Source: Eledone cirrhosa (taxonomy: Eukaryota). Taken from it: DNA of 64,000 nt. A model generated the notes under the pieces. The model had not been told where the DNA came from. It made no database searches and saw only the letters and a program-made list of their open reading frames with translations. The DNA is taken from positions 31,620,001 to 31,684,000 of the forward strand of contig OZ024751.1 of assembly GCA_964016885.1 (NCBI GenBank), given 5' to 3'. Below, piece after piece: positions 26,376-39,949 of the stretch. Made by a program: the position numbers and the translations under genes. Position 1 is the stretch's first letter; the number at the start of each line of letters is the position of its first letter.

Positions 26376-27012
26376 GGACAGAAGTCCCTCAAATGTATAT
26401 ACATGTGAATGGAGTTCTACTGAAGCAGTTAGAGAAGTTCAAGTATCTTGGAGCCGTGTTCATGAGTGATGGAATGCAGGAGGCTGAATTAAATGCAAGA
26501 ATTGCAAAAGCTGATGCAGTAATGCTCCAGCCTCAGCAATCAGAAGAAGGGGGTAGGTGTAAAAGCCAAACTCGCTGTCTTCCTGGTATTCCTGCCAACT
26601 CTTACCGAGGATCATGAATCTTGAGTAATGACCAAAAGAATACAATTGCAAATAAAAGCGGCAGAAATGGGATTCCTCCGAAGAGTCTTCGGAATAACGT
26701 TACTCGATAAAGTGCATAGCTCAGAGAGTCACTCCTGGTAGAGCCGCTACTTCTCCGATATTATGAGCATGTGGTTAGAATGTCTCAGTAAAGAATCGCT
26801 GGACACATTTTACAGGCAAAACCAAACGGCAAGGGACCTAGAGGTAGACTCTAAGCAAGATAGTTGGATAACATCCATGAGCTTGGCTGTTCACGCTTTG
26901 GGATCCAGCTGGATCAGTTAGAGATGTTTGCTTCTGACAGACTCGCTGGAAGGAGTGTTTGAGAAGGACTCTGCCCCCACGACCCTCTCAGAAATAAGTG
27001 GGCGAAGAAGAT
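26376..27012 (+). mobile_element. Degenerate RTE LINE 3' portion
   Basis: LKQLEKFKYLGAVFMSDG...ELNARIAKA motif, with frameshifts and a GAA tail. Confidence 0.85.
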
Positions 27013-27585
27013 ATTGTCGATTTATTTTTCAATTTACATATATATATTTGCGTATAATACCAATATGCACACTACATATGCTAGCAGAAAACCGCCCATC
27101 GAGCGATTTTTCTGCTAGTTATATATAAATAAGTACGTAACTGGAATGTCATACAAATACATAACTGGAATACGTCATATTATATACAAGTACATAACTA
27201 GGACATATAATATTATATACAAGTATAAAACTAAAATATGAAATATTCTATACGAATACATAATTGGAATGTAATATTCGGTTTTATCTTCACAACACTG
27301 TATTTTCTTTTTACTGGAACTGCAGTAATTTAAATAAGGATGAGAATATTACAAGTTCTACATGTATGTCCACCCAGCTGGACAAAAGCTTTACACAATG
27401 AAAGTTATCAAGTTATCGTCTTTTCAACATCTAGAGTCTGGCATTCAAGGAAAAACCTTAAGAATAGATTCCGAATCCTTCTTTATAACTGTTTCTAGAA
27501 CCTTTTTTTTATATAGCTGGCGTATTAAGTTCTTCGTTTTTGTATTTGTTTTACAATATTCTTGATGTGAAATTGTGTGTTGAAA

Positions 27586-27776
27586 CATATTGTTATATGT
27601 TCATATTGCCAATAAAAACACACGCATCAGTTGAGTTTCACTTCAGATTTATTACTAGTTTGATAACTAATCCAATCCTCGGTTAGTCTAGTAACCGGAT
27701 ATTTGTTTAATTGTCAAAGCTCCTTCGTCACACGTCCTGTCACCTTCTCAATGACTATTCTTGTTCCTCTGTCTCT
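27586..27776 (-). mobile_element. Penelope-like terminal repeat, diverged copy of 49050-49260, with mutated hammerhead core
   Basis: Aligns along its length to 49050-49260; core reads TTGAGAA...GAAG. Confidence 0.65.
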
Positions 27777-27997
27777 ACTGGTTGTGGTGGTGACAATGAT
27801 GATGATGGCGGTAGTGGTGAGGATGAGGAGAATGATAATGATGATGGTGATGGGTCTTAATATGAATATAAATAAATATTTTAAAGTGAGAAATTTTAGA
27901 GCATACAGCCATGGCTGGTTTTAGTTGAGTTGGTTTCAAAAGAGTTAAGTGTAAATGTATGTGTGAGTGGGTGCGTTGTGGGTATGTATGCATACTT

Positions 27998-28033
<36 letters not shown>

Positions 28034-29079
28034 AATGCGTCTATGCATGTTTGTATAAATGTGCGTGTGTGTGTTTCGTATGTTACATCATTTCTTTTCC
28101 TGTCTTCTTCAAAATATTCTCCCCACCCCCTCACTATTTATGTTATCTTTGTTTCTTGTCTATTTAACTCTCTGTTTTGTGTTCAGCAACCACAGGCAGC
28201 TATTAAGGTTGTCACTTTGACCCAATAGACAGGTCTGTTGGAAGAACCTGTGTTATGTACATAACTGAAATTACACCATAGACAGGGACAAACCAAATAC
28301 ACATACTTTCTAAATATATTTGTTTATCATGTTCTTTCATGTTGTTTAACCCCAGGTCAATTTGTAATCAACTTGTCCAAGAGGTAGTCTTATACTCTCT
28401 ACCAGAAGTATTTATCACCATTACTTCGCACGTCTGCCTCTACCAGAAGTATTTATCACCACTACATCACACATTCTTTGAAGGCAAATAACCAAACATA
28501 ATTTAGCAAAATTAAACAACAACCGGTCGTTAGCCATCTAATTGAAATAATTGTTTCTACTTTTTGGCACAAGGCCAGCAATTACCCAGTGCATTTTGTG
28601 TCCTGGTTTTATCTGGTCTGTCTATTGGAGTTTTATTTTCCTTCTGGTAGTAGTATTCAAATAAATAATTAGGTCTTACGTTTGGCAAGGTAGTTGATAT
28701 TTAAACTTGCAACTAAAACGAAATGACCATATATATAGTCGACATAAAAACGATTTTAAGTGGAAGGTGGCTGGCTGGCAGCAAAGCCAATTGTTTAAAT
28801 AAATGTAATTAAAAGTAAAGAACAGAAAGAACAATTTAATGAGAAACAAAGCCAAGAACAGCATAATTATTAAATCAGACCAGACTTCGATAATTGCAAT
28901 TATAAGGTCCTTATTTATAATTTTTGTATTTGTTTTAGAAAAATAATATTTCCCGATGTTTATAACTTTAACAGAGTTTTAAATAAATTCCATTGAAGAT
29001 ATAAACAAAGAAATTTCAATTTTTGTTGCTTTCAAAGACACTGTCAATAATTTTTAAAATAATCAAGAACTTGGAGAGA

Positions 29080-29310
29080 TTTAGTAATATAACATTGTAT
29101 GTCTAGAAAACATATTCTACAGAACTTGAGTGGAGTAGTAATATAACATTGTATGTCTAGAAAAGACTTATATATTCTACAGGACCGGAGGAGGGCGGTT
29201 AGTAATATAACATTGTATGTCCAGAAAAGACATATATTCTACAGAACTTGGGGGGGGGGGGTGTAGTATATAACATTGTGTGTCTAGAAAACATATTCTA
29301 CTGAACTTCT
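29080..29310. repeat. ~55-65-bp tandem repeat (4 copies)
   Basis: tagtaatataacattgtatgtctagaaaacatattctacagaacttg recurs. Confidence 0.8.
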
Positions 29311-29389
29311 ATGTAAATTATCTAAATTTACACAACCATCCAACCTATGTTAGCAGTGAGAATTAATGTTGTTGGTGATAAGATAGGCA

Positions 29390-29615
29390 TCTGTAAAGTG
29401 GTTGATAATAGGTAAGACATCCAGCCATAGAAACCACGTTCCCAGAACACTCTAAAGAGGTTGGTGGAGGGAAGAATCTCCAGTCATAGAAACCATGCTC
29501 CCAGTACACTCTGTAAAGTGGTTGGTTGGATGAAATACATCCAGTCATAGAAACCATGCTCCCAGTACACTCTGTAAATTAGTTGGTTGGATGAAATACA
29601 TCCAGTCATAGAAAC
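29390..29615 (+). repeat. ~59-bp tandem repeat derived from the SINE family B core
   Basis: catccagtcatagaaaccatgctcccagtacactctgtaaagtggttgg repeated 3-4 times. Confidence 0.7.
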
Positions 29616-29822
29616 TACGCCAAAACAAAGGGCCGGGAAGACTATTCAGCTGTGTCAAAGACATGAGAAACTCCCTAGTATTGGTGCCACAATAAATGTC
29701 ATTGGTAGAGCATGTATGTAAGTAAGGTGTAACCTTCAGTCTGTCTGAGTAGAGTAGCATATGTGAGTGAAGTGTAGCCCTCAGACTTTCTGAGTGGGGG
29801 AACATATATGAGATATATGTAG

Positions 29823-30526
29823 CCCGTAAGGATGAAAGGCAAAGCTAACCTCGGCAGGATTTGAACTCAGACTGTAAAGAGCCATAACTCTATACTGCAA
29901 AGCGTGGTGACAGACACTCTACCGATACTGCCAAAATGATTTCTACAAAAGGCACAAGGCCAACAATTTTAGGGGAGGGGAAAGTCGATTAAATTGACCC
30001 CAGTACGTTACTGGTACTTTATTAAGGCAAAGCTAATCTCAGCAGGATTTGAACTTCGAATGTAAAGGGCCGTAGCTCTATGCCGTGAAGCATGGTGTCG
30101 CTCTACCGATACTGCCAATCCACTGCCCTCAATAATAATGGTTTCTTATATAGGCACAAGGGCAGCAATTTGAAGGGAAAGTTGATTAAATCGACCTCAG
30201 TATGTTACTGGTACTTTATCGACCCTGTAAGGATGAAAGGCAAAGCTAACCTCAGTGGGATTTGAACTCAGAATATAAAGGGCCGTAATTCTATGCCGCG
30301 AAGAATGGTGTCCAGCACTCCACCAATACTGCCCTCAATAATAATAATTGTTTCTACTTTTGGCACAAGGCCAGCAATTAGCCAGTACATTACTGGTACT
30401 TTATTTTATTGACCCCGTAAGGATGAAAAGCAAAGTTAACCTCGGCGAGATTGAAACTCAGAATGGCAAGGACCGTAACTCTATGCGTCAAAGCATGGCG
30501 TCCGACCCTCTACCGATACTGCCAAT
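29823..30526 (-). mobile_element. Four consecutive SINE family A copies
   Basis: Four same-orientation copies abutting through their TTA tails. Confidence 0.85.
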
Positions 30527-30721
30527 GACTAGATTTAAACTAAAAGAGCCATGACAGCAGAATTGTGATAAGTTAACCCTTTAGCATTCATATTACTCTA
30601 TATATACTATTGTATGTTCATGGTAAAGGCTTTACCTCCCATAATATTGAATCTATGAGATTTTGAAAGTATTTGTTTTGAGAACAATACCTTAACATCA
30701 GTTTGAGCGACCAATTACAGC

Positions 30722-31211
30722 CAGCACTGCCGAAAGTTTTTTCAAAACGTACAGAATCCGACCAGAACGTACAGAATTTTACTAAATCCCCCAATTACAA
30801 TCAAAAACACTCTTTTTATACATATTTTTGAAGTTAACAACATTTATTGACAATTTAAACATAAGGGCATCAAAAAAAAAAAACGTCATCTTCCTGAACA
30901 GATTCTTTGTTGTACCAATTTTTTCCAAATAATGCTTTGCAAAGATGTTCATCGGGCTCCCACGTCGTGCAGTCGGCATGTCGTAACAAATATTTTGACC
31001 TAACAAGAGCGTTAAGAGTGGAAGTTTTCAAACAATTTTGATTCTTTGTTTTAATAAAGTGGAGAACAGAGAAAATGCGTCAAAACATGAATTTTATAAA
31101 CTGATGGCAAGATCACTAAAACGTACAGCAAATTCGTCCGAACGTACAGCACATCAAAATTTTGAGCAAAGCGTACAGTTTTGTACGAACGTACAGTCAT
31201 CGGCAGCGCTG
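30722..31211. mobile_element. Non-autonomous hAT element nested in a piggyBac-type MITE (30577-31258)
   Basis: TIRs CAGCACTGCCGA / TCGGCAGCGCTG; perfect 8-bp TSD ATTACAGC (30714-30721 and 31212-31219); subterminal cgtacag repeats. Confidence 0.85.
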
Positions 31212-31639
31212 ATTACAGCCAGTTTCAACAGAAAGAGGTAGTTTTAACATTAAAGAGTTAATTAATGTAATAATTGATATTCAGGCACACACTTTCGTGA
31301 TTAATATTTCAGATAACTGAATCCATTCGCGTGAACTAATTAATGTTGGTTAATTAATTAGAGAAATATATTTTTCTTGAAACTAATCTAGATAACTGAC
31401 GCAGAAGACAGTAAATAGAGAAAAAATCCTATTTTAATACAGAAAATGGAATTTTTCATCTGATGCAGTCACAGCAGTTTTGTACTTTTCAAGAATATCT
31501 TGCTAATGAGGTTTCATGTGGTACAAGACATTAATTATGTGGTTTCGTGTGGTACAGGATGTTAATAATGTGGTTTCATGTGGTACAGGATGTTAATGTG
31601 GTTTCATGTGGTACAGGACATTAATATTTAATGTAACAT

Positions 31640-32168
31640 AGTCATAGTATGTAAAACAGTTGAAATGATCTAACGAGGTGACTGATCATAGTATATAAAA
31701 CAGTTAAGATGATCTAATGAGGTGACCGAGATCATAGTATATAAAACAGTTGAGATGATCTAACGAGATGACAGATCATAGTATATAAAACAGTTGAGAT
31801 GATCTAATGAGGTGATCGAGATCATAGTATGTAAAACAGTTGAAATGATCTAACGAGGTGACTGATCATAGTATATAAAACAGTTGAAATGATCTAACGA
31901 GGTGACTGATCATAGTATATAAAACAGTTGAAATGATCTAACGAGGTGACTGATCATAGTATATAAAACAGTTAAGATGATCTAATGAGGTGACCGAGAT
32001 CATAGTATATAAAACAGTTGAGATGATCTAACGAGATGACAGATCATAGTATATAAAACAGTTGAGATGATCTAACGAGGTGATCACAGTATATAAAATA
32101 GTTGACATTTCAACTATTTTATATACTGTGATCCAACGAGGTGACTGAGTGATCACAGTATATAAAAC
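31640..32168. repeat. 44/46-bp minisatellite (~11 copies) ending in a hairpin
   Basis: Unit gatcatagtatataaaacagttgaaatgatctaacgaggtgact; one inverted unit at ~32082-32132. Confidence 0.9.
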
Positions 32169-32789
32169 TAATTAATTACTTAGATAATTTACCCAAGTGT
32201 ATAATTGATTGAGTCACTGACTGAGACATTATATAAAACCAAATAATGTCATTTCAATACTAAGTAAAAATTTTTAAAAACCAACAAAATTACAAATTAT
32301 AAAACAATTCAAGTGTTTATGATGTGTGACTAAAACTCTCTCAAAAAATATTTCATGTAAAAAAAAAAAGAAAAGAAAAGTATAGTTACAATAGAAAAGT
32401 TCAAATGAACAATTTATGTCTATAATTTTTATATTTCATACGCAGCAGAGCTGAACAAGGTCTGCAGAAAAAAAAGCCACACTGCAAATGTTTCAGCCCT
32501 TAACTCCTTTCACTTGAAAGAGGCCAGGCTGCATTCAGAGCATGATTCCTGGATGTCCTTCTACTGACACACACTACATATAGGTAATAAGAAACTCTCA
32601 GGAGAGCTGGACCCACCCAATGTTTAAAATCTAAAGAGTCCAAGCTTCATCCAGGGCATGACTAGTGGGTACCCTTCTGCTGACACATATTACGTACATC
32701 AAATCTGCAAAGAACGTAAATATTGTTGTTTTTAAGTTTAACTGATGTTGCTTAAGGGATCTGCAGTGTGTATCACGGATTTTAGAAGA

Positions 32790-33010
32790 GACATCCCTGT
32801 GGGTCATAAAACATACTGCATCCCTGTGAATCGTTAAACACACTGCATCCCTGCAGGTTGTAAGATATACTGGATCCCTGTGGGCCGTAAGACACACTGC
32901 ATCCCTGTGGGTCATAAAACACACTGCATCCTTGTGGGTCATAAAACACACTGCATCCCTGTGTGTCGTAAGACACACTACATCCCTGCATCTCTATGGG
33001 TCATGAGTCA
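32790..33010. repeat. 27-bp minisatellite (~8 copies)
   Basis: Unit gcatccctgtgggtcataaaacacact. Confidence 0.88.
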
Positions 33011-34127
33011 ACTGCATCCATGAAGGACATAAGAGGTGATTGAAAAGGTTGGCATCAGGAAGGGCATCTACAGCAGTAAAACACTGTCTAAAAACATCCT
33101 GTCCAACCCATGCCACCATAATAGAAAAGTGATGAGGAAATGGTGATGGTGATGATGATGATGATGCTTATTAGAACCTTTCTATCCAACAACTCTTCCA
33201 ACTGAAAGGAAGCACTTCATCCCCTCACCCAGTCTTTTATTACTACTCTAGACTGAATATTATAATAGTGATATGTACACTGCCACCCCACTTCTCCTGG
33301 GTACCCTAAATATGCAACCCCAGGAGATGAATAAAATAAAATAGCAAACAGAAGGAGGGAACCAAATGAAATACCTATACATCTCTCGTGCCAAATGTTA
33401 ACTGGACACCTTAAGTAACTGATATTCCCTACTTTTTAAAATGTCGAGTTGATGGGATACTACTGTACTGCTGCTGTATCTAAATATGACACACATTGTC
33501 ATCTTCGTCAAAACCCTTAACCCTCAGTGACTATTTCAGAAATCATTATTTTTATGAGTGTGTAGCTCGGAGAGTCTCTCCAGGTAGAACAGCTACTTCT
33601 CCAAAATGAGAGATCACAGTTCCAATACTATAGGCATGTGGTGAGAATGTCTCAGGACAGATTTTATGGGTAAAACCAACCGACAAGAGACCCAGGGGTA
33701 GACCCCAAGCAAGATGGTTGGATAACATCCAAGGCCTTGACAGGTCTTGCTTAGGGATCCAAATGGTTACTTCTGACAGGACCTGCTGGAAGGAGGTTAA
33801 GTATTTTGACCAAGGTGTTGCCATTTTGGTCAAAATACTTAACTCTCAGTGACGATTTCAGAAATCATCATTGTTTATTTTAATAAAAACAGAAGACAAC
33901 CATGATAAAAAAAATAAAATTTTGTAGCATCAATTTCAAATTTGAACCATTTCAGTTTATATCTTAATAAAAATGATGAAAGATTATTTCAAATTCTTAG
34001 CATGCCACATTTACACGAGGGAAGAGGACTTATAAATAATTACAGAAAAATATTAGACAAAATTTACTGCATTTACAAAAAAGGTTTTTTAACAAAACTT
34101 TAGTAAAAACATATCAGAAAAATAAAG

Positions 34128-35428
34128 AAAAATAAGCCACTATACTTAGCCTTTGTTGACCTAGAGAAGGCCTTTGATAGAGTACCCCGATCTGTCATCT
34201 GGTGGTCCCTAAGGAAGCTAGGTGTTGAAGAATGGCTTGTGAGGACAGTGCAAACTTTGTACAGAGGTACTCTCAGTAAAGTCAGGGTAGGAATGGAGTT
34301 TAGTGAGGAATTCCAGATACAAGTAGGAGTACATCAAGGTTCGGTCCTCAGCCCGCTCTTGTTCATTATAGTCCTCCAAGCCATAACAGAGGAGTTTAAG
34401 ACTGGTTGTCCATGGGAACTTCTCTATGCTGACAATCTGGTTCTTATAGCAGAATCAGTAGAGGAGCTAGAGAATAAATTCTGGCTATGGAAACAGCAGT
34501 TGGAAGCAAGAGGACTGAGAGTGAACCTAGCTAAGACAAAAGTGTTGATAAGTAGAAAAGAGGACAAAACTCTGATTCCGTCAGGGAAATGGCCATGTTC
34601 GATATGCAGAAAAGGAACTGGCATAAATTTTATAAAATGCACACAATGCAGATCCTGGGTACACAAGAGATGTAGTGGGATAGCAGGCAAACTAACAGGT
34701 AGGGAGAAATATGTATGCAGTAGATGTACAGGGAAATTAGACAGTAGAAGTCGCATTGATAGACACATTTTTCAAATGCAGGAGGGCGCTATAGAAGTGG
34801 TTGATAGCTTCCGGTACCTAGGAGATCAGATTGGCATGGGAGGAGGGTGTTCCGAGGCCATAGTATCTAGAATAAGGATGGGTTGGAAGAAGTTTAGGGA
34901 GCTGCTTCCTCTGTTGACGAAGAAGGGTTTCTCCCTGCGTATGAAAGGCCGGTTGTATGATGCCTGTGTGAGGAGCGCGATGCTGCATGGTAGTGAGACA
35001 TGGGCAGCAACTGCAGAGGATATGCGACGGCTGGAGAGAAATGAGGCAAGCATGCTCCGTTGGATGTGCAGTGTAAATGTGCGTGAACGACCCAGCATAT
35101 AAATGTGTTGAGAGAGAAACTGTGTCTGAGAGGGATAGAATGTAGTGTACGGGAGAGGAGACTGAGGTGGTATGGACATGTGATGCGCATGGAGGATGAC
35201 CGATGGGTGAAGAAGTGCCAGGAAATGCCAGTTGAAGGAAGACGTGGTAGAGGTAGACCACGAAAAACATGGGCGGAGGTGGTGAGAACAGACGTCAGAT
35301 CATTGAAGCTCACGGTGGAGATGACGAAGGACCGTGACGAGTGGAGAGATGCTGTGCTGAATAAGACCCGTACCACCCTTGCAAGCAGGGAAAAGCGGAT
35401 GTAAAATGATGATGATGATGATGATGAT
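34128..35428 (+). mobile_element. 5'-truncated RTE LINE (RT domain + PHD-like finger), defective
   Basis: LYLAFVDLEKAFDRVPR, GVHQGSVLSPLLF, YADN (mutated YADD), FRYLG and LRWYGHVMR motifs; 2-bp frameshift near 35100; (GAT)n tail. Confidence 0.95.
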
Positions 35429-35663
35429 ATCACAAGTCTTTTATATATATATAAAATATTCGTTTTTGGAGGGATGGGAGGTTATTATAATTATGAAATA
35501 ACCTTTCTAACAGATTCTCACAACTGAAGTATTTGACATTCAAAATGAATCAAAGAATTTTTTTTTTATCATTGGTTTTGCGATTATATTTCATATGGGA
35601 AGTGGGCCTTGATAACTCGCGTGTATATATATGTGTGTACACATGTGTATATATATATACAAA

Positions 35664-35694
<31 letters not shown>

Positions 35695-36275
35695 AACCGG
35701 CAGCAAGCATGGTAGTGAAGTGTGCATTGTAGAAATTAGAAATCACAAAGCCGTCACTATTTTATGAATGGCAAAGATGATATAATTCAACAACTTAGTA
35801 TATTATTTATACAGAAAGGCCCTTGTTTTCCTCCTTTCTCTCTCTCCTTTTCATTATTGACAGTCACAAGCAATAGAGACATTATACACTACAGCAAGAC
35901 CCTTGTGTTCCTCACTTTCCTTCTCTCTATCTCTCTCTCTTTCTCAATCACAGTCACAAACAACAGAGAGAGAAATACATTATATACTATAGCAAGGCCC
36001 TGAAAAAAAAAACTGTACATAGTAATACAGAATGAAGACGCTGCACACGAGGTCTGAACACAGAAGAGCCAAACTCCCACTGCCATCGCCCCCCCCCCCT
36101 CTGTATTATGAGCAAATGCGGTCTCATATGCTAGCCGCCCCACGGCCCCAACGGACAGAATGGAGGTGTTTCCCCAGAGGATGGTAAGGAAGATATGCTG
36201 GAAGGCCCTTGTATTCCCTCCTCTCTTTCTCAATCACAGTCACAAGCAACAGAGAGATAGACACATATACTATAG

Positions 36276-37373
36276 CAGGGGCGTGCCTGGACCACAATCC
36301 GGCCCGCGATGACTGTTTTTAATTTTTACCTTGTAGGCTTATTTAGAATTTTTTTGTAACCATAATACAATTTTCTGTTAGTTGACCTATACTAAAGGGC
36401 TTCACTGATAGGGTTATGTGTGTTATAATTTCCCAGTTCCATGTTATGGAAAGGAGTTGTGGTGAATCTTTGGAATAGTGCTTAATAAATATAAATATGA
36501 ATTAAATTATATTATTTAAATGCCTGTTGTAATAATTTTATATTGTTAAATATAAAGTTAAAAGTCCTAAATGGGTTATGAAAAAGGACTAACATTCAAA
36601 GAAAGGAATAAGTTCTCTTTTACCACATGTTTTACTTTCAAGCGCGTTACACAAAAAGAATTTGTTTTGAATTCAAAGGTTGAAGAACTTCTTTATTAAT
36701 TGATTATAGTTAAGTTTCTAATAAAATTAAGTACTTTTATTTATCTGATATAGTAACCCAATGTTGTGTACATTAAAAAGTACTTAATACTATTGGCTAT
36801 CTGTTCGTAGCTATGACTTCATATATATTTAATTCTCCATCGGCCTCAGAATTAACAGCGATTTATCTGTTATTTTGTTGCATTTTCGGCTGCATATTTT
36901 ATTTTAGATGAATATGTGTATTTTTATAAATTTGAAATTGTTTCCAAATGGAGCTGATAGATTTGCAGTCTGATGTGGACTTTGAGAAGAACATTTGATA
37001 ACAATGCTTTGTAACTTTCTACAAAAACCATATATGTGGTAATCATCCAAATTTGGAGCAAAATGCTAGGAAAATGACATCCTTTTTTTGGGCAGCACAT
37101 TGTTGTGAGCAGTTCTTTTCAAGAATGAAATTTACTAGAAATAGATACCGAAGTCAGCTCACAAATGAACATCTGACTAATCAGCTTCCAGTTGCCACCA
37201 CATCACATCAGTCAAACCAGACATTGATAAATTGTGCAAAAACACCAAATACCAAGTCTTACATTAATAAAACTAAATTATATTTTATTTGTCTTTATTG
37301 TTTAAAAATGTATTCACAATGTATTTATGACTCAATTCTCTGGCCCGCCAAAGGAATATGTTGCACACCCCTG
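36276..37373 (+). mobile_element. Internally deleted hAT transposon (SPIN/Charlie/GTF2IRD2-like transposase C-terminal remnant)
   Basis: TIRs CAGGGGCGTGC / GCACACCCCTG with subterminal ggcccgc; 8-bp TSD tactatag/tactgtag. Remnant peptide FQMELIDLQ...CEQFFSRMKFTRNRYRSQLTNEHL matches the hAT dimerisation region. Confidence 0.88.
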
Positions 37374-39322
37374 TACTGTAGCAAGGCCATTGTATTCCCT
37401 CCGCTCTCTCTGTCCTTTTCATCAATCGCCGTCACAATAGAGAGAGACACATTATATGAAATAGCATACATTTATCTAACATGGCCACTTTCTTTCTGTG
37501 AACCAACAAGGCTACTTGGTCGATTGATCTGCTATAAATAGAAGCCAAATCTCCTTCAAACCACATCCCCACTGTCTTGAAGGAAAGAACACCTCGAATA
37601 ATTGTTTCTTGGTCCTCTACAGGTTGCAAAAAGTCAAGGTAGTCACAACAAGAATATCTTTGATCATAAATTTGTTCGATCAAGGCTGACCTAGGGCTAA
37701 AACAATATCTTCCTCCTTTTTCCTGCCAAGTCAGTGGTAAAATGTCAGTGAGGTGAAAAGGCCATTAAGTGAACTGTTAAAAGCAAGCATTTGTGAGCAA
37801 CAAGTGGTAGTTGGGTGACCATGGAAAAAAGGAAGGGGAGGAAGGTATAAGAGGATGTTAAGTACATAAGACAGGCAGAAGACAAGTCAGAGAGGGAAAG
37901 GAGCTTAAAAGAAAACGACGTAAAGGCATAAAATAAAATAAATTTCTCAATCGCCAAGAAAGAGAAATAGCAAATAAATTTGAGGTATGCTGGGTGGGGT
38001 TTCTAAACACAAAGTCCTAAAAGTAAGAGAAAGCAAGTAGCCAACAGTGTGTAAGCAAGCTTCTTAAATATTGTCAAGTTATTTCAGATATAACTGTTGA
38101 ACGCCAAAAAATGTACATGTTCTGTCATGATATTCAATTATAACGATATCGATGTATCTTCAGACAGAAATACAAATTTTGGTTGGTGTAAATATTTCAA
38201 TTATTTGATTTCATTTTCGGTGAGTAGTCAGTGTTACACGTGGTTGTTGCTAAAGTGGAGCTCTAAAAAATTTTTTTTAAATGGTCGCCTCTCCAACCGT
38301 CCAGCAATCCACTATAAATGTAACGTCAACCTACATCTCAACAATAGAATACTTGGATTTCGATCAAATATTGCCATATATTAACAAAAAATAAAAATCT
38401 TTGTTAAAAAATTTATAAAATATTACTGAGACTAGCTATTCATTTAGAAGACACTTTCATCTCGGACGAACACATCCATAAATAAATTAATGTAATCATT
38501 CAAAAGAGTCGATAGGGTAATCCCTTTCAAACCATTGAAAAATGGCCAACTTTATCAAAACATTCCATTTCTCGGCTTTTTGTTCTTCCCCTTTGCGTTA
38601 TCTTTCAGGTTACAATTAGTTTAGATAATATACAAATAGCTAAATAAAATATAATGTAAAGATGATGATAGTAGCCACCATACGAATAAGAAAACAGTTT
38701 GTAACTAGGAAATATCCATTTAGTAGTCGACAATAACAAGGGAAGGAAATATAAAAACGGAAACCGATGATAATTTTAAAATGTCATTGTTATAAAGCAT
38801 GAATAATAAAGGAATTTACAGTGCAGCTGTTGTAGACAAATGACAACTAATCAATAGGAAGATATAAGTTACAACAAACTAAAATATATATATGGGAATA
38901 GAAGACATAATCCATCATTTCATTATTTACTATCACCACCTGGCCCGGTCTTAGGGTAACAGATTGAACTTTGTTGTAAGCATTTTGGCCAAATCTACCC
39001 CGGTTTGAAAATAACTTGCTTCATTGATCACTTTCTAATAGATTTCTGGCGAACCTGTAGCAGTGGAGACTTGCGGGCAGTTTTGGGTCCCCGGACCACC
39101 TCCCTACGTACTATTATCGGGGTCGAGTTGGCCACCCACAAGAGCAAGCAAGCTCCGCTAGTTGAAACGGTTATGTTTCCCTTGCCATCCTCTGGAGCAA
39201 CGTTTTCTACATTGTCTTTCTCTGTGACCACGAGGCGGCCTACACATGGGTTTCTCTCACTGCCAGGACTCTGAGGTAGGATGTTAGGTGCTCTTACTCA
39301 TCTGCATGTATTATTTAAACTA

Positions 39323-39513
39323 AAGGGCGGTGGATTGGCAGTATCGGTAGAGGGTCGGACGCCATGCTTTGCAGCACACTTACGTCCCTTTACGGACTGA
39401 GTTCAATCCCGCCGAGGTTAACTTTGCCTTTCATCCTTACAGGGTCGATAAAATAAAGTACCAGTAATACACTGGGATAATTGCTGGTCTTGTGCCAAAA
39501 GTAGAAACAATTA
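39323..39513 (+). mobile_element. SINE family A, near full length
   Basis: Complete head, core and tail. Confidence 0.88.
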
Positions 39514-39949
39514 TTTAAACTTAGGAAGAGAAATCTAATGAAAGCAAAATATTATCTAACAACTGGTTACGTTTATTTTATTTTTTTTTTTCATATATAT
39601 TCATGGCGGATGCTTAGCTTTGAATTAAAAATATATTTTATTAAAATCGTATGTAGTGAGAAGCAGATGTTAAAACATCGGATTTCCAATCTCTGATTTC
39701 TAATCCCGCCAAGGTCAACATAGCCGTCCATCCTTTTGAAGTCGATACAAAAAAAAGTAACGTTCCAGTACTGGGGTCGACTCTTCCTCAACTACTTTAG
39801 AAACAGTAAAAGCTTAACATCGTAGGGCAGAAACCCTTATAATATTAACACTCTTTTCTTTAGTATAGAAGTACTAAGTTGAACAATGGTCTTACCGACC
39901 TCAACCAGTAACATTCCGCTATATATAAAGTATATATACATATGCTCGC

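Noticed and set aside
39323-39410. Additional tRNA genes suggested by A/B boxes
   Set aside because: They are SINE heads without a complete cloverleaf and are followed by the SINE core and tail.
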